Shown here one piece after another: positions 27,262 through 37,494 of a DNA stretch of 64,000 nt. A model generated the notes under the pieces. The model saw nothing but the letters and a program-made list of their open reading frames with translations, was not told the origin of the DNA and did no database searches. Position 1 is the stretch's first letter. Each line of letters opens with the position of its first letter. Made by a program: the position numbers and the translations under genes. The stretch spans positions 800,001 through 864,000 of the forward strand of contig JAXHMG010000003.1 in NCBI GenBank assembly GCA_034521595.1, written 5' to 3'. The DNA comes from Gemmatimonadota bacterium. GTDB lineage: Bacteria > Gemmatimonadota > Gemmatimonadetes > Longimicrobiales > Gaopeijiaceae.

Positions 27262-28437
27262 ATGATCCGAATCAAGTGGCCGATCGCCCTCGCGACCCTC
27301 TTCGTCCTGCTGTTGGGGTGGTATCTCGTATACACGCAGCAGATCGTGGAGCAGGTGCGTGGCAACGCGGCCCACCTTTCTCGGATCTTCGCGGAGGTAC
27401 AGGAAGGTCTCGTCACGCAGGGGAACGAGACCCAGGTCCTATTCAACCTGCAGGGCATCGTGCGGGACGCCGGAGTCCCGCTCGTCGTGATGGGCCCGGG
27501 GGATACCGTGCTCGCTCACGAGAACCTTCCGTTTTCGGTGGACACGGACACGCCGGACGGGCAAGAGCGGGTTCGCACCTACGTCCGTCGGCTAGACGCG
27601 GAACACCCGCCGATCGGCGATCCCGAGCTCATGCACATCCACTTCGGAGATACCCCGGAGGTCCGACGGCTTCGCTGGATACCGTGGCTCCAGGCCAGTG
27701 GGCTCTTCCTCACCGTCCTCGTCGGGTTCGTCGTGGTGCGGTACCAGCGTCGGGCCGAGAGTGAGAAGGCGTGGACGGCCATGGCGCGAGAGCTCGCGCA
27801 CCAGCTCGGCACGCCCTTGTCCTCGCTGCAGGGATGGTTGGAAGTTTTGGGGCTGCCACCGCAGAAGCGTCCCGCAGGGTTGGACGACGTCAACGTGGCG
27901 GACGCGATTGCCGAGGACGTCGAACGGCTCGAGCGGATCAGCCACCGTTTCGAGCTGATCGGACGCGAACCCGAGCTGCAAAGCCTGTCGGTGCGCACCG
28001 TCGTCGACGACCTGGAGCAGTACCTCGCCCTCCGGATTCCGCGGCTCTCCCGAAAAGGGGTGGAGCTGCTCGTCGACGTGCCGCCCGAGCTTCCGCCGGT
28101 GATGGGGAATCAGGTGCTGTTGGTATGGGCGTTGGAGAATGTGGTGAAGAACGCGCTGGACGCCCTGGCGGGCCGAGGAGGGACGATCACGATCAATGCC
28201 AGAGAGGTCGGAGAAGAGTGGGTGAGCTTGAGAATCCGCGACACGGGGCCGGGGGTCGACCCGGCCGTGCGGGACAAGATCTTCGAGCCCGGTGTGAGCT
28301 CGAAACCGGGTGGATGGGGGGTGGGCCTGGCCCTGTCCCGACGGATCGTCGAGCGAGTTCACGACGGGCGTATCGAGCTGCTCGAAGGCACGGAAGGGAC
28401 CACGTTCCAGATTCGCCTTCCCGTCGCCGATGGCTGA
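27262..28437 (+). CDS. Two-TM sensor histidine kinase
   Basis: ARELAHQLGTPLSSL, ENVVKNALDA, DTGPG, IFEPG, GWGVGL. Confidence 0.9.
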   Translation: MIRIKWPIALATLFVLLLGWYLVYTQQIVEQVRGNAAHLSRIFAEVQEGLVTQGNETQVLFNLQGIVRDAGVPLVVMGPGDTVLAHENLPFSVDTDTPDGQERVRTYVRRLDAEHPPIGDPELMHIHFGDTPEVRRLRWIPWLQASGLFLTVLVGFVVVRYQRRAESEKAWTAMARELAHQLGTPLSSLQGWLEVLGLPPQKRPAGLDDVNVADAIAEDVERLERISHRFELIGREPELQSLSVRTVVDDLEQYLALRIPRLSRKGVELLVDVPPELPPVMGNQVLLVWALENVVKNALDALAGRGGTITINAREVGEEWVSLRIRDTGPGVDPAVRDKIFEPGVSSKPGGWGVGLALSRRIVERVHDGRIELLEGTEGTTFQIRLPVADG

Positions 28438-30700
28438 GGCGGCCGTGAGCGGACATCTCGAAGGCCTCAATCCGGAGCAGCTGCGGGCGACCGAGCACGT
28501 GGAGGGCCCCCTGCTGGTTCTGGCCGGAGCCGGGTCGGGCAAGACTCGTGTGCTCACCGCCCGGATCTGCCATCTCATCCACGAGCACGGTGTGCCCGCC
28601 GACCGCGTTCTCGCCGTGACTTTCACGAACAAGGCGGCCGCCGAGATGCGGGAGCGCATCGGTGGGTTGCTGGGCAGGGAGCCCTCGGGCATGTGGGTCG
28701 GAACGTTCCACGCCCTCGGCGCGCGGCTCCTCCGTCGTCACGGAGACCGTCTGGGATGGGACCGGACCTTCAGCATCTTCGATGCGGACCAGTCGCTCCG
28801 GCTCGTCAAGAGTGTCCAGGAGGCGGTCGGGCTCGATCCCAAGCGATGGAACCCGAAGGCCATTCGGTCGGAGATGAGCAACGCGAAGAACCAGCTCGTC
28901 GATGCGGCACGCTTCGCCATGGACAACGAGGAGTCTTTCGACCTCTTCGCGCGGACCGTCGCGAAGGTTTACCCGGAGTACCAGAAGACGCTGGAGCACC
29001 AGAACGCCTTCGACTTCGACGACCTGCTCATGAAGCCGGTGCAGCTCTTCGAGCAGGTGCCTGAGCTCCTCGAGCGATATCAAGAGCGCTTCCAGTTCAT
29101 TCTCGTCGACGAGTACCAGGACACCAACCGTGCCCAGTACCGGTTCGTGGAGCTGCTCGCGGCGCGCCACCGGAACGTGATGGTCGTGGGGGACGACGAT
29201 CAGTCGATCTACCGATGGCGGGGTGCCGACATTCGCAACATTCTCGACTTCGAGGAGGGCTTCCCGGGAGCTCAGGTGGTGCGCCTCGAGCGCAACTACC
29301 GTTCCACGCAGGCGATCCTCGACGCGGCGAACCAGGTGATCTCCGAGAATGTCGACCGCAAGGGCAAGACGCTCACCACGGAACGCGCCGGCGGTGAGCC
29401 GATCACCGTTTCCGAGACACTCGACGAGCGGGACGAAGCCCGGTGGATCGTCGGGGACCTGGAGCAACGCATCCGGGACAATTCCACGTGGACGTACCGG
29501 TCCTGCGCGATTCTCTACCGCACCAACGCTCAGGCGCGTGCGCTCGAGGACGCGTTCCGCCGCGCAGGGGTGACGTACCAGGTGGTCGGGAGCGTGCGCT
29601 TCTACGAGCGTCGGGAGATCCAGGACGTCCTGGGGTATCTGCGTCTCATCTCCAACCCCAGGGACGAGGTCGCATTCGACCGCGTGGTGAACTATCCCAG
29701 GCGTGGAATCGGCTTGACTTCGCTCGAGCACCTCAGACGCTGGGCCACGGCGAACGGAGCCACATTGCTCGAGGCGGCGGAACGGGCCGACGAGGTGCCC
29801 GAGATCCGTGCCGCGGCCACCGGCTCGCTCGTGCGCTTCGCGCAGCTCGTGCGTGAGTTCAGCGTCCGGGCCACTCAGGTGGGCGTCGGAGCGCTTCTCG
29901 AGGAGCTTGTCGAGCGCCTCGACCTGCTGCGTCATCTGCACGACGAAGGTCCGGAGGGTGAGGACCGAGCGCGCAACGTGGCGGAGTTGATCGCGGGCGC
30001 GGTGGATTTCGATGCGGGTGCGGAGACCGCGGTCGACCTCGACGACGCGGACCGCTTCACGGAGCTCGACCTCTACTTGCAGCAGGTCGCGCTCGTGGCC
30101 GACGTCGACCGTCTCGACCCGGATGCGGACACGGTGACTCTGATGACGCTCCACAACGCGAAGGGCCTGGAGTTTCCCCTCGTGTATATCGCGGGGATGG
30201 AGGAAGGCTTGTTCCCCTTGGGGCGGGCCTACGACGATCCCGCCGCGCTCGAAGAGGAACGGCGCTTGTTCTACGTCGGCATCACCCGCGCCGAGGATAA
30301 GCTGTCGCTCACCTGGGCTCGACAACGGCGTCGTGCCGGGGACTTCACTCACAACACACGGTCATCCTTCGTCGACGCGGTGCCCGAGCACCTCGTCGAG
30401 GAGCGTCGCAGCGACCGGCTCCGCACGCGCTCGCGAAGCGACGCCGGGAGCGGTCGCGCCACTCCGAGGCCGTCGGCCCGGAGCGAGGCGGCGTCCGAGT
30501 CGGACCCGGACCTCTCACTCAACCAGGACCTTCCGCGGTTCACGCAGGGCGAGCGGGTGGTCCACCCGACGTTCGGCTCGGGCGCGGTGGTCGAGGTTAC
30601 CGGATTCGGGCGGGACTTGAAGGTGACGGTCGATTTCGACGACGCGGGTCGCAAGAAGCTCTTGGCCCGCTACGCATCTCTGGAGAAGGACTGGATATGA
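28430..30700 (+). CDS. pcrA: PcrA/UvrD SF1 DNA helicase with C-terminal Tudor-like domain
   Basis: LNPEQ, AGAGSGKT, TFTNKAA, VDEYQDTN, GDDDQSIY, LERNYRS, TLHNAKGLEF, EERRLFYVGITRA, RVVHPTFG; start ATG 28430 or GTG 28445. Confidence 0.95.
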   Translation: MAEAAVSGHLEGLNPEQLRATEHVEGPLLVLAGAGSGKTRVLTARICHLIHEHGVPADRVLAVTFTNKAAAEMRERIGGLLGREPSGMWVGTFHALGARLLRRHGDRLGWDRTFSIFDADQSLRLVKSVQEAVGLDPKRWNPKAIRSEMSNAKNQLVDAARFAMDNEESFDLFARTVAKVYPEYQKTLEHQNAFDFDDLLMKPVQLFEQVPELLERYQERFQFILVDEYQDTNRAQYRFVELLAARHRNVMVVGDDDQSIYRWRGADIRNILDFEEGFPGAQVVRLERNYRSTQAILDAANQVISENVDRKGKTLTTERAGGEPITVSETLDERDEARWIVGDLEQRIRDNSTWTYRSCAILYRTNAQARALEDAFRRAGVTYQVVGSVRFYERREIQDVLGYLRLISNPRDEVAFDRVVNYPRRGIGLTSLEHLRRWATANGATLLEAAERADEVPEIRAAATGSLVRFAQLVREFSVRATQVGVGALLEELVERLDLLRHLHDEGPEGEDRARNVAELIAGAVDFDAGAETAVDLDDADRFTELDLYLQQVALVADVDRLDPDADTVTLMTLHNAKGLEFPLVYIAGMEEGLFPLGRAYDDPAALEEERRLFYVGITRAEDKLSLTWARQRRRAGDFTHNTRSSFVDAVPEHLVEERRSDRLRTRSRSDAGSGRATPRPSARSEAASESDPDLSLNQDLPRFTQGERVVHPTFGSGAVVEVTGFGRDLKVTVDFDDAGRKKLLARYASLEKDWI

Positions 30701-31017
30701 GCGTGGCACGAGAAGAAGTGCTCCGGATCGCCGCGTTGGCTCGGTTACGCCTGGAAGACGATGCCCTCGAGCGCATGACGGTCGACTTGAACTCGATTCT
30801 GGAGCACGTGAGCGTGCTCGAAACGTTGGACGAGGCATCGGTCGCGACCGAAGGCGAGCCCGAGCCCGAGCCCGTTGCGTCGACCCGTGCCGGCGAGGGA
30901 ACGGACGAAGGTGAGCCGAAGCTGGACCCGGCGACGTTCGCACCCGCGTGGCAGGACGGCTTCTTCGTGGTACCGCCCCCTCCCGGCGTCGTGCGCGCGG
31001 AAGGAGACGGTTCATGA
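30697..31017 (+). CDS. gatC: Asp/Glu-tRNA amidotransferase subunit C
   Basis: EEVLRIAALARL, LNSILEHV..L, DGFFVVP; directly upstream of gatA. Confidence 0.92.
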   Translation: MSVAREEVLRIAALARLRLEDDALERMTVDLNSILEHVSVLETLDEASVATEGEPEPEPVASTRAGEGTDEGEPKLDPATFAPAWQDGFFVVPPPPGVVRAEGDGS

Positions 31018-32369
31018 CCGTTGCCACGGCGCTCGATCGGATCAGGGAAGCAGAGGACGGACCCGAGGGCCTGAACGCCTTCATCTCACTCGCGGAGCGC
31101 CCCGAGCCTTCCGGCGACGGGCGTACCGGACCGCTGGACGGTGTCCCCGTCGCGGTGAAGGACAACATCGCGACGCTCGGGCTGCCGACGACCTGTGGAT
31201 CACGGCTGCTCGAAGGGTATCGCTCCCCGTTCGAGGCTACCGCGGTGCGCAAGCTGCGGGACGCCGGCGCCCTGATCGTCGGCAAGACCAATCTCGACGA
31301 ATTCGCGATGGGATCGTCCACCGAGAACTCGGCCTACGGGCCGACGCTGAACCCCCACGACCGCACGCGGGTGACCGGGGGAAGCTCCGGGGGCTCGGCG
31401 GCCGCGGTAGCCGCCGGATACGTGCCGATGGCGCTCGGCTCGGAGACGGGCGGGTCGGTGAGGCAACCGGCTGCGTTCTGTGGCGTCGTGGGACTCAAGC
31501 CGACCTATGGGCGAGTGAGCCGGTACGGCTTGGTCGCATTCGCGTCTTCGATGGATCAGATCGGGGCGTTCGGGCACACCGTGGCCGACGCGGCGCGCCT
31601 CCTGGACGTCATCCAGGGACACGACCCGCTGGACGGCACTTCGGTCGACGCGGAGCCGGCGAGGCTGGCCGACGCGGTGGAGCGGGGCGTCGAAGGGTTG
31701 GTGATCGGGGTCCCGAGCGAATATCTGAGCGACGCCCTGGCTCCCGGTGTCCGTGGCCTCGTGGACGAGGCCCTCGACCGACTCGCAGGCAAGGGGGCGG
31801 AGCTTCGCGAGATCTCGCTTCCTCACACTCGCTTCGCGATCTCCACCTACTACGTCATCGCACCGGCGGAGGCTTCGAGCAACCTGTCGCGCTTCGACGG
31901 GGTGCGTTACGGGAGGCGCCACGAGGGAGTCGATATCGCGGCCATGTACGAAGAGACGCGCACCCGGGGCTTCGGCCGTGAGGTGCAGCGCCGCATCATG
32001 CTCGGGACGTTCGCACTCTCCGCGGGCTACTACGACCAGTACTACGGCCGGGCGCAGCGGGCTCGGGCCCGCATTCGTGGCGACTTCGAGACGGTGTTCG
32101 CGGACGGGGTCGATGCCCTCTTCACGCCCACCACGCCCACGACCGCGTTCCCGATCGGGGAGCGGGTGGACGATCCCGTGGAGATGTACCTCTCCGACGT
32201 CTACACCGTCACGGCGAATCTGGCCGGGATCCCGGGCCTCTCCGTACCCATCGGAGCGCTCGACGGACTGCCGGTCGGTGGGCAGATTCTCGCCCCCTGG
32301 TGGAAGGAGGAGACGGCCGTTCGTGTGGGTGGTGCCCTCGAAGCTTCCGGACCCTGGAGTCGCTCGTGA
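31014..32369 (+). CDS. gatA: Asp/Glu-tRNA amidotransferase subunit A
   Basis: [57 protein letters not shown]. Confidence 0.96.
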   Translation: MTVATALDRIREAEDGPEGLNAFISLAERPEPSGDGRTGPLDGVPVAVKDNIATLGLPTTCGSRLLEGYRSPFEATAVRKLRDAGALIVGKTNLDEFAMGSSTENSAYGPTLNPHDRTRVTGGSSGGSAAAVAAGYVPMALGSETGGSVRQPAAFCGVVGLKPTYGRVSRYGLVAFASSMDQIGAFGHTVADAARLLDVIQGHDPLDGTSVDAEPARLADAVERGVEGLVIGVPSEYLSDALAPGVRGLVDEALDRLAGKGAELREISLPHTRFAISTYYVIAPAEASSNLSRFDGVRYGRRHEGVDIAAMYEETRTRGFGREVQRRIMLGTFALSAGYYDQYYGRAQRARARIRGDFETVFADGVDALFTPTTPTTAFPIGERVDDPVEMYLSDVYTVTANLAGIPGLSVPIGALDGLPVGGQILAPWWKEETAVRVGGALEASGPWSRS

Positions 32370-33799
32370 GCTGGGAAGCGGTCATCGGCATCGAGATCCA
32401 CGTGCAGCTCCGGACCGAGCGGAAGCTGTTCTGTGGCAACCGGGTCGTCTTCGGAGACGCGCCGAACACGCACGTATGTCCCGTCTGCCTGGGACTTCCG
32501 GGAGCTTTGCCCACGGTGAACCCGGAAGCGGTGCGTCTGGCGTTGCGGACAGCGTTGGCCCTCGACTGCACGGTGCACGAGCGGAGTGTCTGGGCGCGAA
32601 AGAACTACTTCTACCCGGATCTCCCGAAGGGATATCAGATCAGCCAGTTCGAGGAGCCGCTGGCCACCGACGGAACGGTCGTGTTCAACGTAGACGGTGA
32701 GGAGCGCTCGGTGCGGATCCGCCGGATCCACATGGAAGAGGACGCGGGAAAGCTGATTCACGACCGCTTCCCGGACGCCACCGCGGTGGACCTCAATCGA
32801 GCCGGAACTCCGTTGGTCGAGATCGTTACCGAGCCGGACCTGCGCTCTCCCGCCGCGACCCGTGCCTTTCTGGCCGCTCTGAAGCAGATGCTGGAGTATG
32901 TCGGCGTGAGCGACTGCAACATGGAGGAGGGAAGCCTCCGCGCCGACGCCAACGTGTCGCTTCGCCGCTCCGGCACCGAGCCGCTCGGCACCAAGACCGA
33001 GATCAAGAACGTGAACTCCTTTTCCGGCATCGAGAAGGCGCTGGAGCTCGAGATCGAGCGGCAGCGCGAAGTACTCGGCTCCGGGGAGAGGATCGAGCAA
33101 CAGACGCTGCTGTGGGACGATCACGTGGGGCGCCTCCGACCGATGCGCACGAAGGAGGAAAGCCATGACTACCGGTACTTTCCGGATCCTGACCTCCCCA
33201 CGTTGAGGGTCACGTGGGAGGAGGTCGAAGACGTGCGGCGCGCGCTCCCCGAGCTACCGCGGGCGCGGCGGGCGCGCTTCGTGCGGGAGCACGGTTTGTC
33301 CGAGTACGACGCGGGCGTGCTGACGCAGACGGTGACGACCGCGGACTACTTCGAGGAGGTCGCCCGAGGGCTGGGAGAGGCGAAGGTCGCCGCCAACTGG
33401 GTGATGGGCCCGGTGCAAGCGCTCGTGAAGGAGCGTACGGAGGAAGCGGCGGATGGATTCCCGGTGTCCGCGCCGCGCTTGGTGGAGCTTCTGACGCTGC
33501 TGCGGGACGGTGTCGTGTCCGACAGCGCCGCGAAGAAGGTCCTGGGCAAGTTGGCCGTTGAAGCGAGCTCGGCGAGAGAGATCGTGGAGCGCGAGGGCTT
33601 GGTGCAGGTGCGGGACACGGCGCAGCTCGAGGCGTGGGTGGCGGAAGTCGTGGAGGCGCATCCCGAGGAGGTCGAACGGTACCGCGGTGGTGAGGACCGG
33701 CTGTTGGGCTTCCTCGTCGGTCGCGTGATGGCACGTTCCGGGGGACAGGCCGATCCCCGTCAGGTGAACGAGTTGCTCCGCTCGACGTTAGCGTCGTAG
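32366..33799 (+). CDS. gatB: Asp/Glu-tRNA amidotransferase subunit B
   Basis: VIGIEIHVQL, RKNYFYPDLPKGYQISQ, HMEEDAGK, DLNRAG.PL.EIV, YRYFPDPDL; GTG start. Confidence 0.97.
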   Translation: MSWEAVIGIEIHVQLRTERKLFCGNRVVFGDAPNTHVCPVCLGLPGALPTVNPEAVRLALRTALALDCTVHERSVWARKNYFYPDLPKGYQISQFEEPLATDGTVVFNVDGEERSVRIRRIHMEEDAGKLIHDRFPDATAVDLNRAGTPLVEIVTEPDLRSPAATRAFLAALKQMLEYVGVSDCNMEEGSLRADANVSLRRSGTEPLGTKTEIKNVNSFSGIEKALELEIERQREVLGSGERIEQQTLLWDDHVGRLRPMRTKEESHDYRYFPDPDLPTLRVTWEEVEDVRRALPELPRARRARFVREHGLSEYDAGVLTQTVTTADYFEEVARGLGEAKVAANWVMGPVQALVKERTEEAADGFPVSAPRLVELLTLLRDGVVSDSAAKKVLGKLAVEASSAREIVEREGLVQVRDTAQLEAWVAEVVEAHPEEVERYRGGEDRLLGFLVGRVMARSGGQADPRQVNELLRSTLAS

Positions 33800-34860
33800 T
33801 CCGGAGTGGCGGACGCCTCTTCATCTGCGGAGGCCGGGTCCGTTCCGGGCTCGGACCGTTCGGGGAGGCGTCGCGTCTCGGTCCCGAGCGGTGGCTCGGG
33901 GCGGGGGAGGGTGCGATTGCCGGCGTGCCACGAGGTGATCCCGGCCGCGAACTCCGGGGCGCGAATCTGCGGCCAGTAGATCGACCGGTCGGGCGGAAGG
34001 GGAAAGAAGGCGTCGGCCATCTCTTCGAGAGCTTCCGGGTGGTCGGCGGTATGGTCCGCGAGCGCGCGCCGACGAACCTTTTTGGCCAGCTTGAGATTGA
34101 GGTCTCCCACGGGGTCCGCCTCGGCCGCCCGTGACTCCGCGCGCTCGTTGAGGTAGCCCACGACCCGCTCGAAGGCGAGCTCGAAGTAGTGATCGACCGT
34201 CGGGTCCGGCAGGTCGAACCTCGAGTTGGCTAGAACCTGTCCGAAGACCTTCTGCCACCGCTCGTGACCCTGGAACTGAATCATCCCGCGGAAGATCCGG
34301 CGGTTCGTGCGAAAGCTGAAGATTGTCCGGCTCAGCACGTCGTCGAACAGCGAGTCGGCCTCGCTGTGGTCGTGATCCATCACGATGTGCCGGGCGAGGG
34401 ACACGAAGTCTTCGCCCACGTGCATGTCCATGCGGTGTTCCCAATAGGCGTGGCCCAGAGCCTGGGTCGTGCTCGTGAGTAGGAGCTGACGGGGCACGAA
34501 CAGGTTGTGCGCCACGGTATCGGCGGCCAAGTGCGCCAGGTATCCGTATCCGACCGCGGCCAGGCGCTCGGAGTCCGCCGACGCCAGGATTTCCTCTCCG
34601 ATGGACCAATCGTGACAGTGCCGTCCGGCAGGCACGTACTTCTTCGCGAAGGAGATATCGGCCGCGACCGATCCGTAGAGGAAATGGAGCGGATAGCGCT
34701 CGAGGATCGCCCGTGTGGCGGGCGGTAGAAGGTACAGGGACGCCAGGAGCGCCTCTCCGAGAGCGACGTGGGTCGCGGGCCCCCAGGCGGATACCGGCTC
34801 GGGAGCCAGAAGGACCCACCCGAGGCACAACCATCCTGCTCTGCGGATGATGGAGCTCAT
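33760..34860 (-). CDS. Zinc-dependent phospholipase C / P1-nuclease superfamily protein, probably secreted
   Basis: Signal peptide ending ...VSA then WGPATH; GSVAAD, HCHDW, GYLAHLAAD..AH, HAYWE. Confidence 0.78.
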   Translation of the reverse strand: MSSIIRRAGWLCLGWVLLAPEPVSAWGPATHVALGEALLASLYLLPPATRAILERYPLHFLYGSVAADISFAKKYVPAGRHCHDWSIGEEILASADSERLAAVGYGYLAHLAADTVAHNLFVPRQLLLTSTTQALGHAYWEHRMDMHVGEDFVSLARHIVMDHDHSEADSLFDDVLSRTIFSFRTNRRIFRGMIQFQGHERWQKVFGQVLANSRFDLPDPTVDHYFELAFERVVGYLNERAESRAAEADPVGDLNLKLAKKVRRRALADHTADHPEALEEMADAFFPLPPDRSIYWPQIRAPEFAAGITSWHAGNRTLPRPEPPLGTETRRLPERSEPGTDPASADEEASATPDYDANVERSNSFT

Positions 34861-34880
34861 GCGGCGTGTATGGGCGCCCC

Positions 34881-35447
34881 TCAGTCGGAGCGCCCTCCTT
34901 CGTCGTGGGCGTAGCCGGGAATGCGCGCTTCGAACTCGGGTGGAACCTCGGGGTCGCGTCGGGCGTTCGTTGGCTCCGTCCGGCGTGTTTGGTGCCCCTG
35001 GTTGGACATCGACTTCGCGCTCTCACGGATGCCGTGCACCGTGGCCGCCGTATCGAGAAAGATCTCCTCGGTCTCCGTCTGCACGGTTTCCATCAGGAGG
35101 TTGAACTCCTCGATCCGGTCCTCCATGTGGTCGGACGCCTGCTGGAGACGGTCGGTCAGCGAGCGAATGGAGCTGTGTAGCGTTGTGACGTCGGTCCGAA
35201 CCGCCTCGGTGATGAACTCGACGTTGTCGGAGATCGACTTTGCCCGGGTGGAGACCGGTTCGAGGTTCTTCTGGACGGAGGCTCGGACGTCCCGCAGCAC
35301 GTTCCGGAACTCCAGTAGCGTCATGGCGATAACGACCGCGAGAACGACGATGGCCAGCGCGGCGATCACGATGCCGACATCCGCAGCTATAGCCAGGGCA
35401 TCCCGGCGGGCCACGACTTCGGGGAGCGTTGCCTGGATTATGTTCAT
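34881..35447 (-). CDS. DUF948-like membrane-anchored coiled-coil protein
   Basis: One TM helix (IVIAALAIVVLAVVIA) followed by a long amphipathic helical region; start ATG 35447 chosen. Confidence 0.6.
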   Translation of the reverse strand: MNIIQATLPEVVARRDALAIAADVGIVIAALAIVVLAVVIAMTLLEFRNVLRDVRASVQKNLEPVSTRAKSISDNVEFITEAVRTDVTTLHSSIRSLTDRLQQASDHMEDRIEEFNLLMETVQTETEEIFLDTAATVHGIRESAKSMSNQGHQTRRTEPTNARRDPEVPPEFEARIPGYAHDEGGRSD

Positions 35448-35622
35448 ATCGAAGTGTAACCGACACCATCCCCGGTGATCCAGTCGGGCGGGCACGGAGG
35501 CGCACGAGCACGGGTGGCGGCCGCAGTTGCTGGCGTTCGGCCGCGGCCGGTATCTTCGAGCGCCTCGGCGTCGGGCCGCCGACTGCGGTCACAGCCTCGA
35601 TCCTCCACTCCTCTCGGAGCCC

Positions 35623-36912
35623 ATGGGAAGCTTTCTCGTCGAAGGCGGCCACCAACTCGACGGTCGGATCCGCCCCGCCGGTAACAAGAATGCCGCGCTG
35701 CCGTGCCTGGCCGCGACAGTGCTCGCATCCTCCCCCGTGACACTGAAGAACGTGCCGCGCATCCGAGACGTCCTCACCTTTTTGGAGATCGTGGAGTCGT
35801 TGGGGGCGTCGGTGCGGTGGGACGGTCCGAACGAGGTCACGGTGGACCCGCGGGGCGTGGAAGGTGGCGAGATCGATCGGCGCCTGGCCGAGCGCATTCG
35901 GGCGTCCGTTTTGCTCGCGGGTCCACTGCTCGCGCGCTTCGGAGACGTCGAACTGCCTCCGCCGGGTGGAGACGTCATCGGTCGCCGCCGCATGGACACG
36001 CACTTTCTCGCGTTCGAGGCCCTCGGCGCCACGGTGACCCTGAATGGGGGATTCAGGATTCGGGCCCGTGAGTTGCAGGGGACGGACCTATTCCTGGACG
36101 AGCCCTCGGTGACGGGAACGGAAAACGCGATCATGGCGGCGGTGCTGGCCCAGGGCCGAACCCGGCTCCGCAACGCGGCGGCGGAGCCGCACGTCCAAGA
36201 CCTGTGCCGCCTCCTGAACGAGATGGGGGCCCGTATCCGCGGGGTAGGCACGCACATATTGGATATCGAAGGGGTGGAGGGTCTTCAGGGCGCGACGTTC
36301 CGCATCGGGTCCGACCACATCGAAGCGGGATCCTTCATCGGCCTCGCCGCCGTGACCGGGAGTGATCTCACGATCGAGGGCGCACCCATGGAGCATCTCG
36401 ACTCCACACTGCTCGGATTTCAGCGCCTCGGCATCGGGTGTGAGGTCAGGGGTGACGATCTGTTCGTGCGAGGTGCCGGACCCCATCGAGTCCAGAAGGA
36501 CGCGTACGGACACGTGCCCAAGCTCGATGATGGACCATGGCCGGCCTTCCCGGCCGACCTGACCTCGATCGCCATCGTGGCGGCCACCGGATGCGAGGGG
36601 ACCGTCCTAGTGCACGAGAAGATGTTCGAATCGCGAATGTACTTCACGGACAAGCTCGTGGGCCTCGGTGCGTCCATCATTCTGTGCGATCCCCACCGGG
36701 TGGTTGTGGTCGGCCCGTGCCGTTTGCGGGGGGGCGTGCTGGAAAGCCCGGACATCCGCGCGGGGATGGCGCTTCTCATCGCGGCGTTGGGGGCGGAGGG
36801 CAAGAGCCGTATCGGGAATATCCAACAGATCGAGCGGGGGTACGAGCGCATCGACGAGCGGCTGCGTGGTCTCGGTGCCCGGATCGAGCGAGTCGACGGA
36901 GGAGACGGTTGA
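35623..36912 (+). CDS. murA: UDP-N-acetylglucosamine 1-carboxyvinyltransferase (active-site Asp variant)
   Basis: GNKNAALP, IRAS, PGGDVIGRR, SVTGTEN, AAEPHV, PWPAFPAD, FESR, DIRAG, ERGYE. Confidence 0.96.
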   Translation: MGSFLVEGGHQLDGRIRPAGNKNAALPCLAATVLASSPVTLKNVPRIRDVLTFLEIVESLGASVRWDGPNEVTVDPRGVEGGEIDRRLAERIRASVLLAGPLLARFGDVELPPPGGDVIGRRRMDTHFLAFEALGATVTLNGGFRIRARELQGTDLFLDEPSVTGTENAIMAAVLAQGRTRLRNAAAEPHVQDLCRLLNEMGARIRGVGTHILDIEGVEGLQGATFRIGSDHIEAGSFIGLAAVTGSDLTIEGAPMEHLDSTLLGFQRLGIGCEVRGDDLFVRGAGPHRVQKDAYGHVPKLDDGPWPAFPADLTSIAIVAATGCEGTVLVHEKMFESRMYFTDKLVGLGASIILCDPHRVVVVGPCRLRGGVLESPDIRAGMALLIAALGAEGKSRIGNIQQIERGYERIDERLRGLGARIERVDGGDG

Positions 36913-37009
36913 GGAATCGTGAACTTTTGACGGTCGGAACGCGTACTGCTGACGGGGAGCGGGCGTCCGTTTCCCGAGCCGTTCCGTATCGAAACGGGAG
37001 GAATCAGAG

Positions 37010-37330
37010 ATGACCGACCAAGAAGAGAAGCGGCAGACGGGTACCCGGGACAAGGTCTCGGACGGCATCCGTCAGGGCATCGGGGTGCTGTCCGCATTCA
37101 AGGAAGCCCTCGAAGAAACGATTCAGGAAGCTCGTGATCGGGGAGACCTTTCGACGGATCGCGCGAAAGAGGTGATGCGCGACGCTTTGGATCGGGCGCA
37201 GGCCGCAGCCGGCGACGCGCGTGAGCGCTTCGATTTCGTGCACCAAACGGAGGTCGACGAGCTGCGGGCGGAGGTGGCGGCTCTGCGGGCGCGGGTGGAT
37301 GCGCTGGAAGCGCGGCACCGGTCTGAATGA
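37010..37330 (+). CDS. Phasin-like (PhaF/PhaI-type) coiled-coil protein
   Basis: GIGVL...RGDLSTDRAKE...FVHQTEVDELRAEVAALRARVDALE pattern; GGAGG SD. Confidence 0.55.
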   Translation: MTDQEEKRQTGTRDKVSDGIRQGIGVLSAFKEALEETIQEARDRGDLSTDRAKEVMRDALDRAQAAAGDARERFDFVHQTEVDELRAEVAALRARVDALEARHRSE

Positions 37331-37390
37331 CCCCGACCTGACGAGGCTGCGCCGGACAGGGGGCGGTGTGGAAGGTCGCCATCACCGCGC

Positions 37391-37419
37391 TTGAGAGCGG
37401 TTCCCCTTTCTGGTATGTT
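37391..37419 (+). promoter_or_regulatory. Sigma70-type promoter of the rimP-nusA-infB operon
   Basis: TTGAGA-N17-TATGTT with TG extended -10. Confidence 0.65.
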
Positions 37420-37462
37420 CACAGGCCGGTGAAGGTGCGTTACCGGGAGGGTCGTTGCCGAC

Positions 37463-37494
37463 TGTGGGGAAGAGGCCGTCCCCGCATTTTTGTT
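37463..37494 (+). terminator. rimP-leader hairpin/attenuator
   Basis: tgtgggga...tccccgca stem followed by tttttgtt, between the promoter and rimP. Confidence 0.65.

Noticed and set aside
28193..30352. Long antisense or alternate-frame ORFs (719 aa here; also 6479-8275, 10613-12040, 12810-14420, 40582-42294)
   Set aside because: They shadow well-identified genes; expected from high-GC codon bias; no recognisable motifs
30856..30873. (GAGCCC)3 in gatC and similar EP/EQE micro-repeats in infB
   Set aside because: Short in-frame low-complexity linker coding
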